A stretch of 64,000 nt of DNA. Source: Candidatus Heimdallarchaeota archaeon. GTDB taxonomy: Archaea > Asgardarchaeota > Heimdallarchaeia > Heimdallarchaeales > Heimdallarchaeaceae. Positions within the stretch are counted from its first letter, which is position 1, and each line of letters starts with the position of its first letter. Below the pieces are notes generated by a model, which saw only the letters and a program-made list of their open reading frames with translations, was not told the origin of the DNA and ran no database searches. Location of the stretch: contig JAUVXV010000003.1 in the NCBI GenBank assembly GCA_030603365.1, positions 224,001 through 288,000 on the forward strand, given 5' to 3'. Both the position numbers and the translations under genes were made by a program. Shown here piece after piece: positions 38,990-49,271 of the stretch.

Positions 38990-39748
38990 TCAGTACATAT
39001 GGTATTTAATACAGTCTGTTCCAAGTACTTTATCCACTATTTTGAAACCCATTTTATCATAGATTTGTAATGCTGGGGTATTTGATTCTTCCACCCACAG
39101 TGTGATTTTTCCTATGTTTTTTGAAAACAATTCCTGGCAGATTTTAGCGCTAACATCATAACCATAACCCTTGTTTCTGTATTCTTTTAAAACCCATATG
39201 CCACGAATTATAGCAAATGAAAACCTATCATTCGTCACAAGATGAGGAGCAAAAGCGACAGCAACCATTTGATTGTTTTTGGTTATCCCCACCCCACCAC
39301 CTGCACTATTTGATAATAACATCCTCTGTTTAAAACTTAATAGTTTGGATAGAACATCGTCTAGAATTAGGGATTCATACCTGTTCTTAGGACTAAAATC
39401 CTTTTCAACTAATTCCAGGCAGAGGAAGGTATTTATGTCCTTTCTTCTAACAGATTTATCCATCACCTTAAAATCAGTAAAATACTCTCGAATTAGGCTC
39501 AACCATTCAGGATCAAAAGATAAGCTGATTTCTCCTTTAGGGTCATATTCTTCCAAGAGTTCCTTGTTTGGAGGACCAAAAAGAGTTGTATGTAAATCAT
39601 AGGAGAATCTGTAAGACGAATTAGCTTGATCAAAATGTACAACATTAGGAAACTCGATTATATCCCATACTGTATAAGCTAGTCTTGCCATTCTTTTCTC
39701 GGCTACTTTAAAAATTCCTTCAAATTCCAGTGGCATCCAAATTACCAA
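38990..39748 (-). CDS. GNAT acetyltransferase
   Basis: IWVLKEYRNKGYG, NTPALQIYDKMGF. Confidence 0.85.
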   Translation of the reverse strand: MVIWMPLEFEGIFKVAEKRMARLAYTVWDIIEFPNVVHFDQANSSYRFSYDLHTTLFGPPNKELLEEYDPKGEISLSFDPEWLSLIREYFTDFKVMDKSVRRKDINTFLCLELVEKDFSPKNRYESLILDDVLSKLLSFKQRMLLSNSAGGGVGITKNNQMVAVAFAPHLVTNDRFSFAIIRGIWVLKEYRNKGYGYDVSAKICQELFSKNIGKITLWVEESNTPALQIYDKMGFKIVDKVLGTDCIKYHMY

Positions 39749-39787
39749 TAAGTAGCTTGTTTATATCTTCTTCTCTACTTACTTCAA

Positions 39788-40699
39788 TCAAGTATATTTT
39801 GGTCCGTATAGTTCTGTATCAAGTTTATTGAGATATTCCTTATATTCACTTTTAGCTGAGATTTCTAAGGCTTTCTTTATCCTTACTGTTCCTTCATATC
39901 TCTGGCCCATTCTTACAAGTGCTTGACCTGACAAGAAAAAGGCTTCATCATCATCTTTTACTAGTGTTAGAAGTTCGTTACACATATTGAATGTTTTTTG
40001 AATATCTCCTTCTAGTAAGTATAATCGAGAAAGCTTGTTATAGAGACTTCGATTGACAGATCTAGTTTTCTCCTCAACTTGAAGCGCTTGAAGATATTTC
40101 TCTTTTGCAATATCAGAGCGACCCATATGCTCATACAAATCTCCTAACTCTTCATATAATTCTTGATTTGTAGGTTCAATTTCTATAGCTTCATTATAAG
40201 CATCAATAGCTGATAGATAATTTTCTATCTCTTTGTAACTACGCGCCAATAATCGCCATACTTCAATTTCTTCTCTCTTTGTTCTAAGAAATGTCTCAAA
40301 ACTTAATATTGCGACTTGATATTCTCCTCTCTGTAAAGCTAATTTGCCTTTACCTAACCAGGATTGAATAGCTCTTGGATTGAGAGATGTAGCCTTAAAA
40401 TAATAATTTTCTGCAACATCAAACTGATTCTTAATACGATAAATCTCTCCAAGTAATTCATAAGTTTCCCAATGATCTGAATCCTCAGCAATTACAGTGG
40501 TTAATTCTTCAATAGCTGAATTGAATTGCCCTTGTAAGTAAAGGACTTTACCTTTCAGAAAAACTAGATTTGTATCTTGATATTTCTCAATCATACGTTC
40601 CAAGAACGATAAAGCTTCTTCTAATAGAGTATTATCAATTAGACTCTCAAGTAATTCCATTTCAAACGGTTTCATATCTTGACCAGTTTCTAACCCCAA
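39788..40699 (-). CDS. TPR-repeat protein
   Basis: 34-aa repeats (LGEIY...AENYYFKATSLNP, AIDAYNEAIEIEP). Confidence 0.88.
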   Translation of the reverse strand: MGLETGQDMKPFEMELLESLIDNTLLEEALSFLERMIEKYQDTNLVFLKGKVLYLQGQFNSAIEELTTVIAEDSDHWETYELLGEIYRIKNQFDVAENYYFKATSLNPRAIQSWLGKGKLALQRGEYQVAILSFETFLRTKREEIEVWRLLARSYKEIENYLSAIDAYNEAIEIEPTNQELYEELGDLYEHMGRSDIAKEKYLQALQVEEKTRSVNRSLYNKLSRLYLLEGDIQKTFNMCNELLTLVKDDDEAFFLSGQALVRMGQRYEGTVRIKKALEISAKSEYKEYLNKLDTELYGPKYT

Positions 40700-40777
40700 G
40701 AAACCACCAACAAACTTTGTACGTTACTTAATAAAAACTTTTCAGTAAAAAAACAATAAATTAGAGAAAGTAAGTTA

Positions 40778-42388
40778 TTATTTCTTCTCTCTCTTGATTA
40801 ATTCTCTTTTTAAAACCTTTCCAGCAGCACTTAGCGGTAAATTATCGATGAATTCAAAGCTTTTGGGAATTTTATATTTTGTAAGAGATTGTTCAATGCA
40901 AAACTCTTTCATTTCATCTGGATTTGCTTTCTGTCCCTCTTTCAGCACTATGAAAGCTTTACCAATTTCTCCAAAATATTCATCGGGTATTGGAATAACT
41001 GCAGTCAATGAAACTTTTGGGTGTTTGTAAAGAACTTCTTCTACTTCTCGTGGATATACCTTTAATCCACCAGAAATAATGATGTCTTTCGATCTATCAA
41101 CAATGAAAAAATATCCTTCAGAATCAACATGAGCGATGTCCCCTGTTCTTAGCCAACCTTCTGGTGTGAAAACTTTTATGGATTCCATTCCCTTCCCCCA
41201 ATATCCTTTCATCACTTGAGGACCAGTTATAATTATCTCACCTTTTTCCCCTAACTTAATCTCTTCCAAGGTATCAGTATCAACAATTTTTGCAAAAGTA
41301 TCTGCTAAAGGTTGTCCTATAGAATTGACTTTAGATGCTCCATAAGGATTGATGTGAGTCACAGGACTGCATTCAGTTAATCCATAGCCTTCAGTAATTT
41401 CTACATCTGTTACTCTCTTAAATTCAGCATGAACCTCTTTTGGAAGTGCTGCACCACCAGAAACACATACCCTCAAGGATGCAGTGTTATATTCTGAGAT
41501 ATCCGCTCTCAAGAGAGCTACATACATAGTAGGAACACCGTAGAACGAAGTAGCTTTTTTCTCCTCAATAAGCTTAAGAATTGCTTTTGGATCAAATTTA
41601 GGTATTATAGCTATCTTTTCTCCCCGAAATAGAGGAGCAAAGAAACCACACTGTAAACCAAAACTGTGACACATAGGTAGAGCTGAAACTACAAGACCAG
41701 TATGTTCGGTAGGTATCTTATTTGCCCATTCATTAAATTGAAGAGCATTAGCAAGAACATTAGAATGTTTTAGCATTACAGCTTTTGCTGTTCCAGTTGT
41801 TCCACCAGTATAAAGTAAGAAAGCTATATCATCTTCTTTGCTTCTATTTTCAAGGAATTTTTCTTGTGATTCCATTATACTACTCATTATTACAAAATCA
41901 CATTCTGAGATTAGTTCTGATATTTTATGTTCTTCAAAATTATAGTCTGTAGCAACAATTTTTGCCTTAAATTGGTATTGACTTAGTACTTCCTTTATAT
42001 TCTGACAAAGCGTATCATTTGTAATAATTACCTTTGTTTCTGAGTCAGTTAGTTGAAAAGCTATTTCTTTCTGTGATAATCTGGGGTTGATTAATGTGAC
42101 TTTTGCACCTATTTGATATGCTGCAAATATGGAAACAACAAAACATATAGAATTTGGTAATAATATCGCTATTGTGTCATTAGCTTCAACAAAACTATCA
42201 TCAAAGAATTTTGCTAGTTTATTGGACATTTCGATTAGCTTGCTAGCTGTAAATTGTTGCTCCCCTTCTTCAAATAAAATTCGATTTTCTTCGAATTTTT
42301 TAGATAATTCAAGAAAATATCCATAAACAGAAAAATTTGGATATTCAATCTTCCAATTAGCTGGGTCGTTAACTTCTAATTTACTCAA
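40778..42388 (-). CDS. Long-chain fatty acid--CoA ligase (ANL superfamily)
   Basis: YTGGTTGTAK, EGYGLTECSP, WLRTGD, IVDRSKD, YPREVEE, GKVL. Confidence 0.92.
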   Translation of the reverse strand: MSKLEVNDPANWKIEYPNFSVYGYFLELSKKFEENRILFEEGEQQFTASKLIEMSNKLAKFFDDSFVEANDTIAILLPNSICFVVSIFAAYQIGAKVTLINPRLSQKEIAFQLTDSETKVIITNDTLCQNIKEVLSQYQFKAKIVATDYNFEEHKISELISECDFVIMSSIMESQEKFLENRSKEDDIAFLLYTGGTTGTAKAVMLKHSNVLANALQFNEWANKIPTEHTGLVVSALPMCHSFGLQCGFFAPLFRGEKIAIIPKFDPKAILKLIEEKKATSFYGVPTMYVALLRADISEYNTASLRVCVSGGAALPKEVHAEFKRVTDVEITEGYGLTECSPVTHINPYGASKVNSIGQPLADTFAKIVDTDTLEEIKLGEKGEIIITGPQVMKGYWGKGMESIKVFTPEGWLRTGDIAHVDSEGYFFIVDRSKDIIISGGLKVYPREVEEVLYKHPKVSLTAVIPIPDEYFGEIGKAFIVLKEGQKANPDEMKEFCIEQSLTKYKIPKSFEFIDNLPLSAAGKVLKRELIKREKK

Positions 42389-42516
42389 TTTAAGACACTA
42401 AAACACTTCTTAAACATGCATTAATGAAGTTTGTCACATCTACTACGAGGGGGATTTTTGTTTAAGCACAATGTTGATAAATTAATCTTCAACCTTGAAA
42501 GTATATTCTGAAGGTA

Positions 42517-45288
42517 ATGCAAGTGTCCTCAAATGATAATTCTGATTCTAAAAGAATCAAGAGTAGAAAGGAAAAGATTCTTATTACTGAGGATTATCTT
42601 GTTGACTTTTTCAAGAAATACGATGTCACATATACTTCCAATATCGAACAGCTAGCAATAAATCTTGCATTGAGAGGACAAAACGCATTAGCAAATAATG
42701 AGACTGAGCAAGCTCAAGAAATATGTGATCTACTACATGGATTAGCTATCCAATGGAAAGATAGTTTCATAAAAATGAAATCATATCTCCTGAAAGCTGA
42801 AATTGCAGGTTACAAGAACGAAGATAAAATCCCTCATTTAGAAAAAGCACTTTCATATGCTAAGAAAAATCATATCGAAGATGTTGAACTTGGAGTTAGA
42901 CTTCAATTAGCTTTTGAGAAATACAGAGTTAAAGATTATAAGGGAGTTTTAAAGGAATTAAAGATAATTGAAAAAAACCCAATAATAGTAGATGAGAACA
43001 AGAGAGTTATCTATGAACTAAGATCGAGAACATATTGGGAAACTGATGATTACGCAAAAGGGTTTGATGCAACTCTTGAATGGTATCACATTCTTAAAAC
43101 TTCTTTAACTGATATACATTCACTATTTATGTCAATAGTTTATCTTTTGACTGTAATTAGTTCTATATCCTTACATCATTCAGAAGAAAAAGTAAAGGAG
43201 ATTAAGACGGATATATCTTCATTTCTTGCTGAATTAGCATCCTCAGTACACCTTTTTTCACAACTATTACCTTATATTGATATATTATTTGCTAAATCTT
43301 TGAAGCTGGTTGAACCTAAGATTCTTCATAATTTTACTGATCTTATACTTCAAACAGCTAGATGGAATGATGAGGAAAAATATCTGTATCTGTGTCAAAA
43401 TCTAGCAGATGCTTATTCTGATATTGATGATTTTGAAAAAGCTATAGAAATCATGGATAAAGCTACACAATATACTAAAGAGAAAAAGTATTCAAAAATA
43501 GAAAAAATCATCCAGTATAAGAAAGTAGAATTTTCGAGTTTGATTTTCTATTTCATGAATTTTGATGCTCTATTTGACCCTTGGATGATTCAAAACGTAA
43601 TATTAAACAACAATGGTAAGCAAGAGGAATTATATCTAGAACCTCTTTCTTCTGGTGTTAATAATTTTCCTGCAACATCCTATTCGCAATTACTGAAGAT
43701 TATAGAAAAGGCAAGTACTAAATCCATAAAAGAAGAATCTTTAGAATTGATTGGACTAAATTCTGAAGAAGAGAGATGTTTTTTTGTATTGGATTTAGAG
43801 ATAGCAGAAGACAGAATCAAAATACTGATGAGAGAAGATTTCAACATCGAACCAGAAGATCAGAAAACCCTTCATTCTACACTTACCCCTTACTATTCTG
43901 TAATAGGTTTGATATCAGATACGAAGAAAGAGGCAATAACAGAAATAGAAGGAATTGAGGAAGTATTATTACGATTACAAAGAGCAATTAATTGTCCTGC
44001 TTCAAAAGCAATTATCTATCTTCCAAAAACAAAACCTCATTTAAATCTCTTCAAATTTTACTTACAAGAAGGTGGATTTAGGGATCTCAAAGTAAAAATG
44101 ATAGATACTGCAATGTCTTTAGGAAAGAAATATGAATTTGCAAAAAATAAAGATTTTCTACAGATTTTTCAAGCTGATCCTATAACAATTTTTGACTTAA
44201 CTTTGAGAGATTCAGAGAAATTACAACCTTTAACTAATCTTGTAAATCAAGCTTATAGTCTAAAAGTTTCCAATTCAACCCTTTCTAGATTTCTAAATGA
44301 AATGATGGGATTATTTCTTAAAAGAAGTGATACTAGATTTTGGAGAGATTTCTATTATCAGTATGCATGGTTACAAACTAGAGGAGTATACCTATCCTTG
44401 ACAAACAAGGATTTAGAAGAAAAGAATATTCTTGTAGAGAAAATCATGTCCTTCTCAAAACTATTAGAAGAACCAGATAAAATCTTAGAGGGTTTATATT
44501 TCAAAGCTTTTAATGGACTACTTGGGAAGAATGTTGAATCCAAACAATATATTGATCTCTTGAAAGAAAAATCACTCGAATTAGAAAATAACAAGTTTGA
44601 AATCATATCAAAAATATTGGTGAAACTTGAAAAAACAGATATTTCTGCAGAGGCTGATACTTTAGCGGAAATCCTCAATTCTTTCTGTGAATTGTGCGAG
44701 TATAGAGATTGGGATATAAGTCTAGAACTTTTCATCTATCTGTTAAGTAAACTTCCACAACTGACCACTTTATTTGAAATTTGTAAAGAAAGAGACATTA
44801 AAGATGCAGGGATTTATCTTTATCTGCACTTATCAAAGCACATGATAGGTGTAGAACATTATACTGAAGCAATTCAACTACTGTCTTTTATTATACGGGC
44901 TTTAAACCAGAGAAAAGAGAACTTTTTCTTCTCCAAGCAATCTTGGGATTATCTCTTTGTAACAGCAAACCAACATATTTACTCAATTTATGACAACTTG
45001 TCTTCCGAAGAAATAAAAGAATTCAACATTATTAGAGAAGAGCTATTGTCCAATATTCTGGAGAGAGAAGAGTGGATAGATGATCCGATTTTTCTGGCAG
45101 AGATACTCAAAGAATATGTTTCAATACTTCTCGATAAAACTGACTTTTCAATGGGTGAAAAATACTATCATTGGATTGAGCAACTAATGTTCTATTCTTG
45201 GGAGTTGTTTACCAACGAACTAAATTCTGATTTATTGCAAGAAATCAATGATTTGAAAAAGAGAATAGAAAGTCAACATTTTATCTAA
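42517..45288 (+). CDS. Large alpha-helical hypothetical protein with TPR-like segments
   Basis: 923 aa ORF; LADAYSDIDDFEKAIEIMDKA-type repeats. Confidence 0.65.
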   Translation: MQVSSNDNSDSKRIKSRKEKILITEDYLVDFFKKYDVTYTSNIEQLAINLALRGQNALANNETEQAQEICDLLHGLAIQWKDSFIKMKSYLLKAEIAGYKNEDKIPHLEKALSYAKKNHIEDVELGVRLQLAFEKYRVKDYKGVLKELKIIEKNPIIVDENKRVIYELRSRTYWETDDYAKGFDATLEWYHILKTSLTDIHSLFMSIVYLLTVISSISLHHSEEKVKEIKTDISSFLAELASSVHLFSQLLPYIDILFAKSLKLVEPKILHNFTDLILQTARWNDEEKYLYLCQNLADAYSDIDDFEKAIEIMDKATQYTKEKKYSKIEKIIQYKKVEFSSLIFYFMNFDALFDPWMIQNVILNNNGKQEELYLEPLSSGVNNFPATSYSQLLKIIEKASTKSIKEESLELIGLNSEEERCFFVLDLEIAEDRIKILMREDFNIEPEDQKTLHSTLTPYYSVIGLISDTKKEAITEIEGIEEVLLRLQRAINCPASKAIIYLPKTKPHLNLFKFYLQEGGFRDLKVKMIDTAMSLGKKYEFAKNKDFLQIFQADPITIFDLTLRDSEKLQPLTNLVNQAYSLKVSNSTLSRFLNEMMGLFLKRSDTRFWRDFYYQYAWLQTRGVYLSLTNKDLEEKNILVEKIMSFSKLLEEPDKILEGLYFKAFNGLLGKNVESKQYIDLLKEKSLELENNKFEIISKILVKLEKTDISAEADTLAEILNSFCELCEYRDWDISLELFIYLLSKLPQLTTLFEICKERDIKDAGIYLYLHLSKHMIGVEHYTEAIQLLSFIIRALNQRKENFFFSKQSWDYLFVTANQHIYSIYDNLSSEEIKEFNIIREELLSNILEREEWIDDPIFLAEILKEYVSILLDKTDFSMGEKYYHWIEQLMFYSWELFTNELNSDLLQEINDLKKRIESQHFI

Positions 45289-45546
45289 TCAGAGAAAAAT
45301 GAATTATTATTGATTTTGTTTAACTATTTTGTAAGGACGAAACTGAATTAGCATTACATTTAACAACCTCTTTCAAATTTCTTTATATAAGACATGATTA
45401 TTTGGCAGAATGAGGACTTCTAATTTACATTTGAGATAACAATAGCTAGTGTAATCCATAACAATATTTATGAATGGAATTCTGGTTTTGTAGTGTGTAA
45501 TATATTACCAAAAAGTACCCTAAATCTATACTTGGTGTGTTAATTA

Positions 45547-48153
45547 ATGTCTTCAGAACATGAAATAGCAATCATAACTGTTGGGTATAAGAATAGTCCA
45601 TTTGTAGAGGAAGTTCTGCGAAACGAGATTATTCCGTATTCTATCATAGCTAATAATACAAGTGATTTTCAGATCCATCATGCGGATCCATCAAAAATTT
45701 TGCATTATAGCTTAGAGTTTACCAATTTAATAGAAATGATTGCGAAAAAAAGTATGGATTCCTTAGCAGTTTTTGAGACATTAGGTCAGTTTTTTGATTT
45801 TTATAACCCATTACAGCTTTCAACTCTAAATTACTTAATATCTAAATATGCTACAAGTATAAAGCCTGAGATTAAAGATTACAGAAAAGCATGGAAACAA
45901 ATCACATCAGCTATATTCAATGAAGTTTTCATATACCCGTTGTTTGAGGAAACAAGAATCTTCCATATAAAAAAGGGAGCTGTAGAAGTTCCAGTGAGGC
46001 AATTTCTGATATCTGAAGATTTAGAAAGAAAGAAGGAAAATTCAAAGAACAATAATAAACAGAAAGAGCAAGAATTAGAAGAAATAACTGGAATTATTGA
46101 TCTTGAAGCTTGTTCAAAAATGAAAATATGTAATGAAACAGTTAAAAAAATAATCTCAGCTTCTGGAGTTATTATCATTCCAACTGATGTTGTATCATTA
46201 TACATTCTTTTTCAATCTGCAACATTCAAAGAGACTTTACAAAAAACTTCAGGAAAAATAGCCTTCATTTCTCCATTCTGGACAGAAGATGAACTTAATC
46301 CATTAGAAAAATTAATTCTGGAAAAAACAGATTTTGAACCCAGTTTAATTAACACTGTTAAACTTGTAAAAGATTATGTTGATGCAGTCATTATAGATGA
46401 TAAAGATACTGAACTGGTAGCAACTATAAGAGAAGAAGGAATCACTGTACTAGTCGAAGATTTACTACCTGAAAAACAAGGAACTGTCGAATTCTTAGAA
46501 ATGGTTCTCAAAACTATAGAACTATCATTGGATACAATTGCAATAGAACCAAAAGGATTAATTGAAGGACTAGGAGAAAAATTAGTTAATTTATTCAGAG
46601 TTAGAGAACCTAAACAAGAAGAAACTCAAATACTAGAAATAGCTGCATCTTCAGATGATCAAGACATTTTAGATAATTTGATTGATGAAATTCCAACAGA
46701 TCAGGAAATAGAGACAAAGGAACTCGATATACTAGATCTTGAACAAGAGACAATAATTGAATCAACAGCTCTTACTGACGAATTTGAAATGGAAGTAATT
46801 GATACACAGAAAGACATACCAACTATACCAACACCTCCTCCAAAAGATAGTAGTTCAGAAAATGATATTCTATTAACAAAAACTGAAGAACATTTTATAT
46901 TACCTGGGATTGACCAAATTACTCAATTTGATTTAGAAGAATTAGACTCACTAGATGTTGATGAACACATAATAACCTCATTCTTAGAAAGAGCTATGAC
47001 TTCAAATGCTGCGGGTCTGGAAGTAGTGTTTTCAGATTTGTTATCACTTCAAAATAACCCATTACTAATTGATAAAATCTATCAAACAATAATGAAGAAA
47101 TTAGTAAAAGTACGTGAGAATAATCCAGAAGAAAAGATTGCTGATATGATAACTTATCTATCTGCTCACAAACCTGAATATTATACTGAAAGGTTATTTT
47201 CTCTTTTAGAAGATACTATCAATTCTCAAACAGAAACCGAATTTAATCAAAATCTTAAAACAACATCTTTGGTTGTGAAAAGCTCTCTTTTGATAGTTGG
47301 AGAGATAATTGAAAAGTTCATCATCAAATATATTGATACTTCGGAAGTCTATCTGGAAGATAAATTAAGAAGGATGATTAATACCATTAGTTTAACCAAT
47401 ACAGATATGTTGCTTCTTTTCTCAAAGGTTCTGCTCAATATCTTTTCTATCGAAATATCAAAGGAAGAACAGAATGATGAAATTATAAACAGAATTGTAG
47501 CATTTATAACCATGTTTGATGGGTTGACTGCAAGTATAGCTCTTATAACACAGGATTCTGATGAAGTAAGAGAAAGTTTCTTAGAAGAAATTTCTGAATT
47601 ACAAATAAATATTCCTTTCAAAACAATGGTCTCAAATATAATTAATATCTATAATAACTCAACTTACGAGGAATTACTCAAGTCTCTCCATGGAAGAACT
47701 TTACCAGATTCAGTTGAGCTTGAAATGATGAAGAGCAAATATATTAGCAGTCTTTCTAAAGTAGGTTCCATTCCTCTTGAGCTTTTTGCTGGACAAGTTG
47801 GATTGTCAGTTGATAAAGCAGAAAAAATGATCTACGATATGATTCTAAAAGAAGAAATATCAGCAAGAATTGAATTAGCGAGTGGAAGATTATACATAGT
47901 TCAAGAAGGAAAAGAACCAATAACTGAAGAAGAAATTCCCGTATCAAAAGATACTCAGGAATCAGAGAAAGAAGATGAAATTGTTTTAGAAGATTTCCAA
48001 GAAACTAAAGAAAAGGAAAAAGAAATTACTGAAGATGAAATCGATGAAGAGGTCGTAAAAGAGACTGAACAATTTACCTGTTCTGAGTGTGATAAATCCT
48101 TCAAAACTAAAAGAGGATTAACTATGCATATCAACAGAATGCATAAAAAATAA
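45547..48153 (+). CDS. Multidomain protein: degenerate CofD-like domain, acidic linker, helical region, PCI winged helix, C2H2 zinc finger
   Basis: ISASGVIIIPTDVVS...AFISPF and VDAVIIDDKD (CofD-like); SIPLELFAGQVGLSVDKAEKMIYDMILKEEISARIE (PCI); CSECDKSFKTKRGLTMHINRMH (C2H2). Confidence 0.7.
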   Translation: MSSEHEIAIITVGYKNSPFVEEVLRNEIIPYSIIANNTSDFQIHHADPSKILHYSLEFTNLIEMIAKKSMDSLAVFETLGQFFDFYNPLQLSTLNYLISKYATSIKPEIKDYRKAWKQITSAIFNEVFIYPLFEETRIFHIKKGAVEVPVRQFLISEDLERKKENSKNNNKQKEQELEEITGIIDLEACSKMKICNETVKKIISASGVIIIPTDVVSLYILFQSATFKETLQKTSGKIAFISPFWTEDELNPLEKLILEKTDFEPSLINTVKLVKDYVDAVIIDDKDTELVATIREEGITVLVEDLLPEKQGTVEFLEMVLKTIELSLDTIAIEPKGLIEGLGEKLVNLFRVREPKQEETQILEIAASSDDQDILDNLIDEIPTDQEIETKELDILDLEQETIIESTALTDEFEMEVIDTQKDIPTIPTPPPKDSSSENDILLTKTEEHFILPGIDQITQFDLEELDSLDVDEHIITSFLERAMTSNAAGLEVVFSDLLSLQNNPLLIDKIYQTIMKKLVKVRENNPEEKIADMITYLSAHKPEYYTERLFSLLEDTINSQTETEFNQNLKTTSLVVKSSLLIVGEIIEKFIIKYIDTSEVYLEDKLRRMINTISLTNTDMLLLFSKVLLNIFSIEISKEEQNDEIINRIVAFITMFDGLTASIALITQDSDEVRESFLEEISELQINIPFKTMVSNIINIYNNSTYEELLKSLHGRTLPDSVELEMMKSKYISSLSKVGSIPLELFAGQVGLSVDKAEKMIYDMILKEEISARIELASGRLYIVQEGKEPITEEEIPVSKDTQESEKEDEIVLEDFQETKEKEKEITEDEIDEEVVKETEQFTCSECDKSFKTKRGLTMHINRMHKK

Positions 48154-48263
48154 GGTGTTTAATTTTTTGTAAATGTTTTTAGTATTACTAAAAGCGATTC
48201 TTAAATTCAGAAATCGAACAGTCTAATCAATAGATTTAAAGAACATTTTTCTTTTATAGAACT

Positions 48264-49265
48264 ATGCTTATTTGTCTCTTCAAATTAGAGGAAGTTGGTC
48301 CTAACCTTGTAGAAATGGTTTTAGACAAAAATGTTGATTTCTCTCAAGATACTATCGATAAATTTACATTTTCAGGCTCAGTTACTTATTCTCTAATTTT
48401 CCAAGGTATGGTTACATTAGAAGATATGACTTCAGAACTATATGGGCCTTTTCCGTTTGCATTTTCCTCAGGTTTTGTTCAGTATGCTTTTTCGTTCATT
48501 GCTGATGATAAAACAATGGTTGATAAAAGAATGAAGGAAAAAACTCTTGGTTTATTAATTATGTTAGTTCCAGAAATGGTTTCAAAAGTTGATACTTTCA
48601 GAGAAGAGTTAGCTAAAGTTTTGCTTTATAAATTTCACAAAATTTACAAAATATCTCAAGTTAATGAAAAGTTCCTGAAGGAAATAATTTCTTCTTATAA
48701 TAAAATACTTCAAGATTTGTTGAGTTTTCAACAGGCAGATTTATTGTCAACACAGATTTTAGAATTTTTAGACACACCAGACACACCTAAGAAAAAGAAA
48801 ACTGTGACAAATATATCTATTATCTATCCCAACGAGTTTGTACCTAAAATTAAGAAGTATTATGCATCACTTCTTAGCTCTCTACCATACGAAGAATCTT
48901 TTTATTCGGAAGACAAAGCTCAGATTAAAACTCCAACTTATGAATTTAATTTTTTAAAAGATACCTTAGTGTCAGAGGAGTTCTTGAATTCTCAGAAAGC
49001 TATCATACTATTAGTAGATGTAAAAAACAAAAAATACAAAAATATATATGAAGTTACATCTAAGCTGAAAAATCCTTTGAAAATTGCTTTAGTAGTTTCT
49101 TTACCTGATAATATTCAGAAAGCTAGTACAGAATACGCTAAATTTTTCACTGGTTTACAGAGATATATTGGGAGTATGCCGTTTTTCTCTGCAAGTTTTA
49201 GTTCAAGATATGAATTCAAAACCAAGATGTTAGAAGCACTTTTCTGGACTATATCTCCAGAATGA
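48264..49265 (+). CDS. Longin/uDENN-like domain fused to a degenerate small-GTPase-like domain
   Basis: N-terminal LFKLEEVGP and YGPFP; C-terminal FLNSQKAIILLVDV, KIALVVSLPD, PFFSAS; no P-loop. Confidence 0.5.
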   Translation: MLICLFKLEEVGPNLVEMVLDKNVDFSQDTIDKFTFSGSVTYSLIFQGMVTLEDMTSELYGPFPFAFSSGFVQYAFSFIADDKTMVDKRMKEKTLGLLIMLVPEMVSKVDTFREELAKVLLYKFHKIYKISQVNEKFLKEIISSYNKILQDLLSFQQADLLSTQILEFLDTPDTPKKKKTVTNISIIYPNEFVPKIKKYYASLLSSLPYEESFYSEDKAQIKTPTYEFNFLKDTLVSEEFLNSQKAIILLVDVKNKKYKNIYEVTSKLKNPLKIALVVSLPDNIQKASTEYAKFFTGLQRYIGSMPFFSASFSSRYEFKTKMLEALFWTISPE

Positions 49266-49271
49266 TACATT

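Noticed and set aside
45289-45546. 258 bp intergenic gap as a possible RNA gene
   Set aside because: AT-rich, with no convincing stems. It looks like terminator plus promoter sequence.
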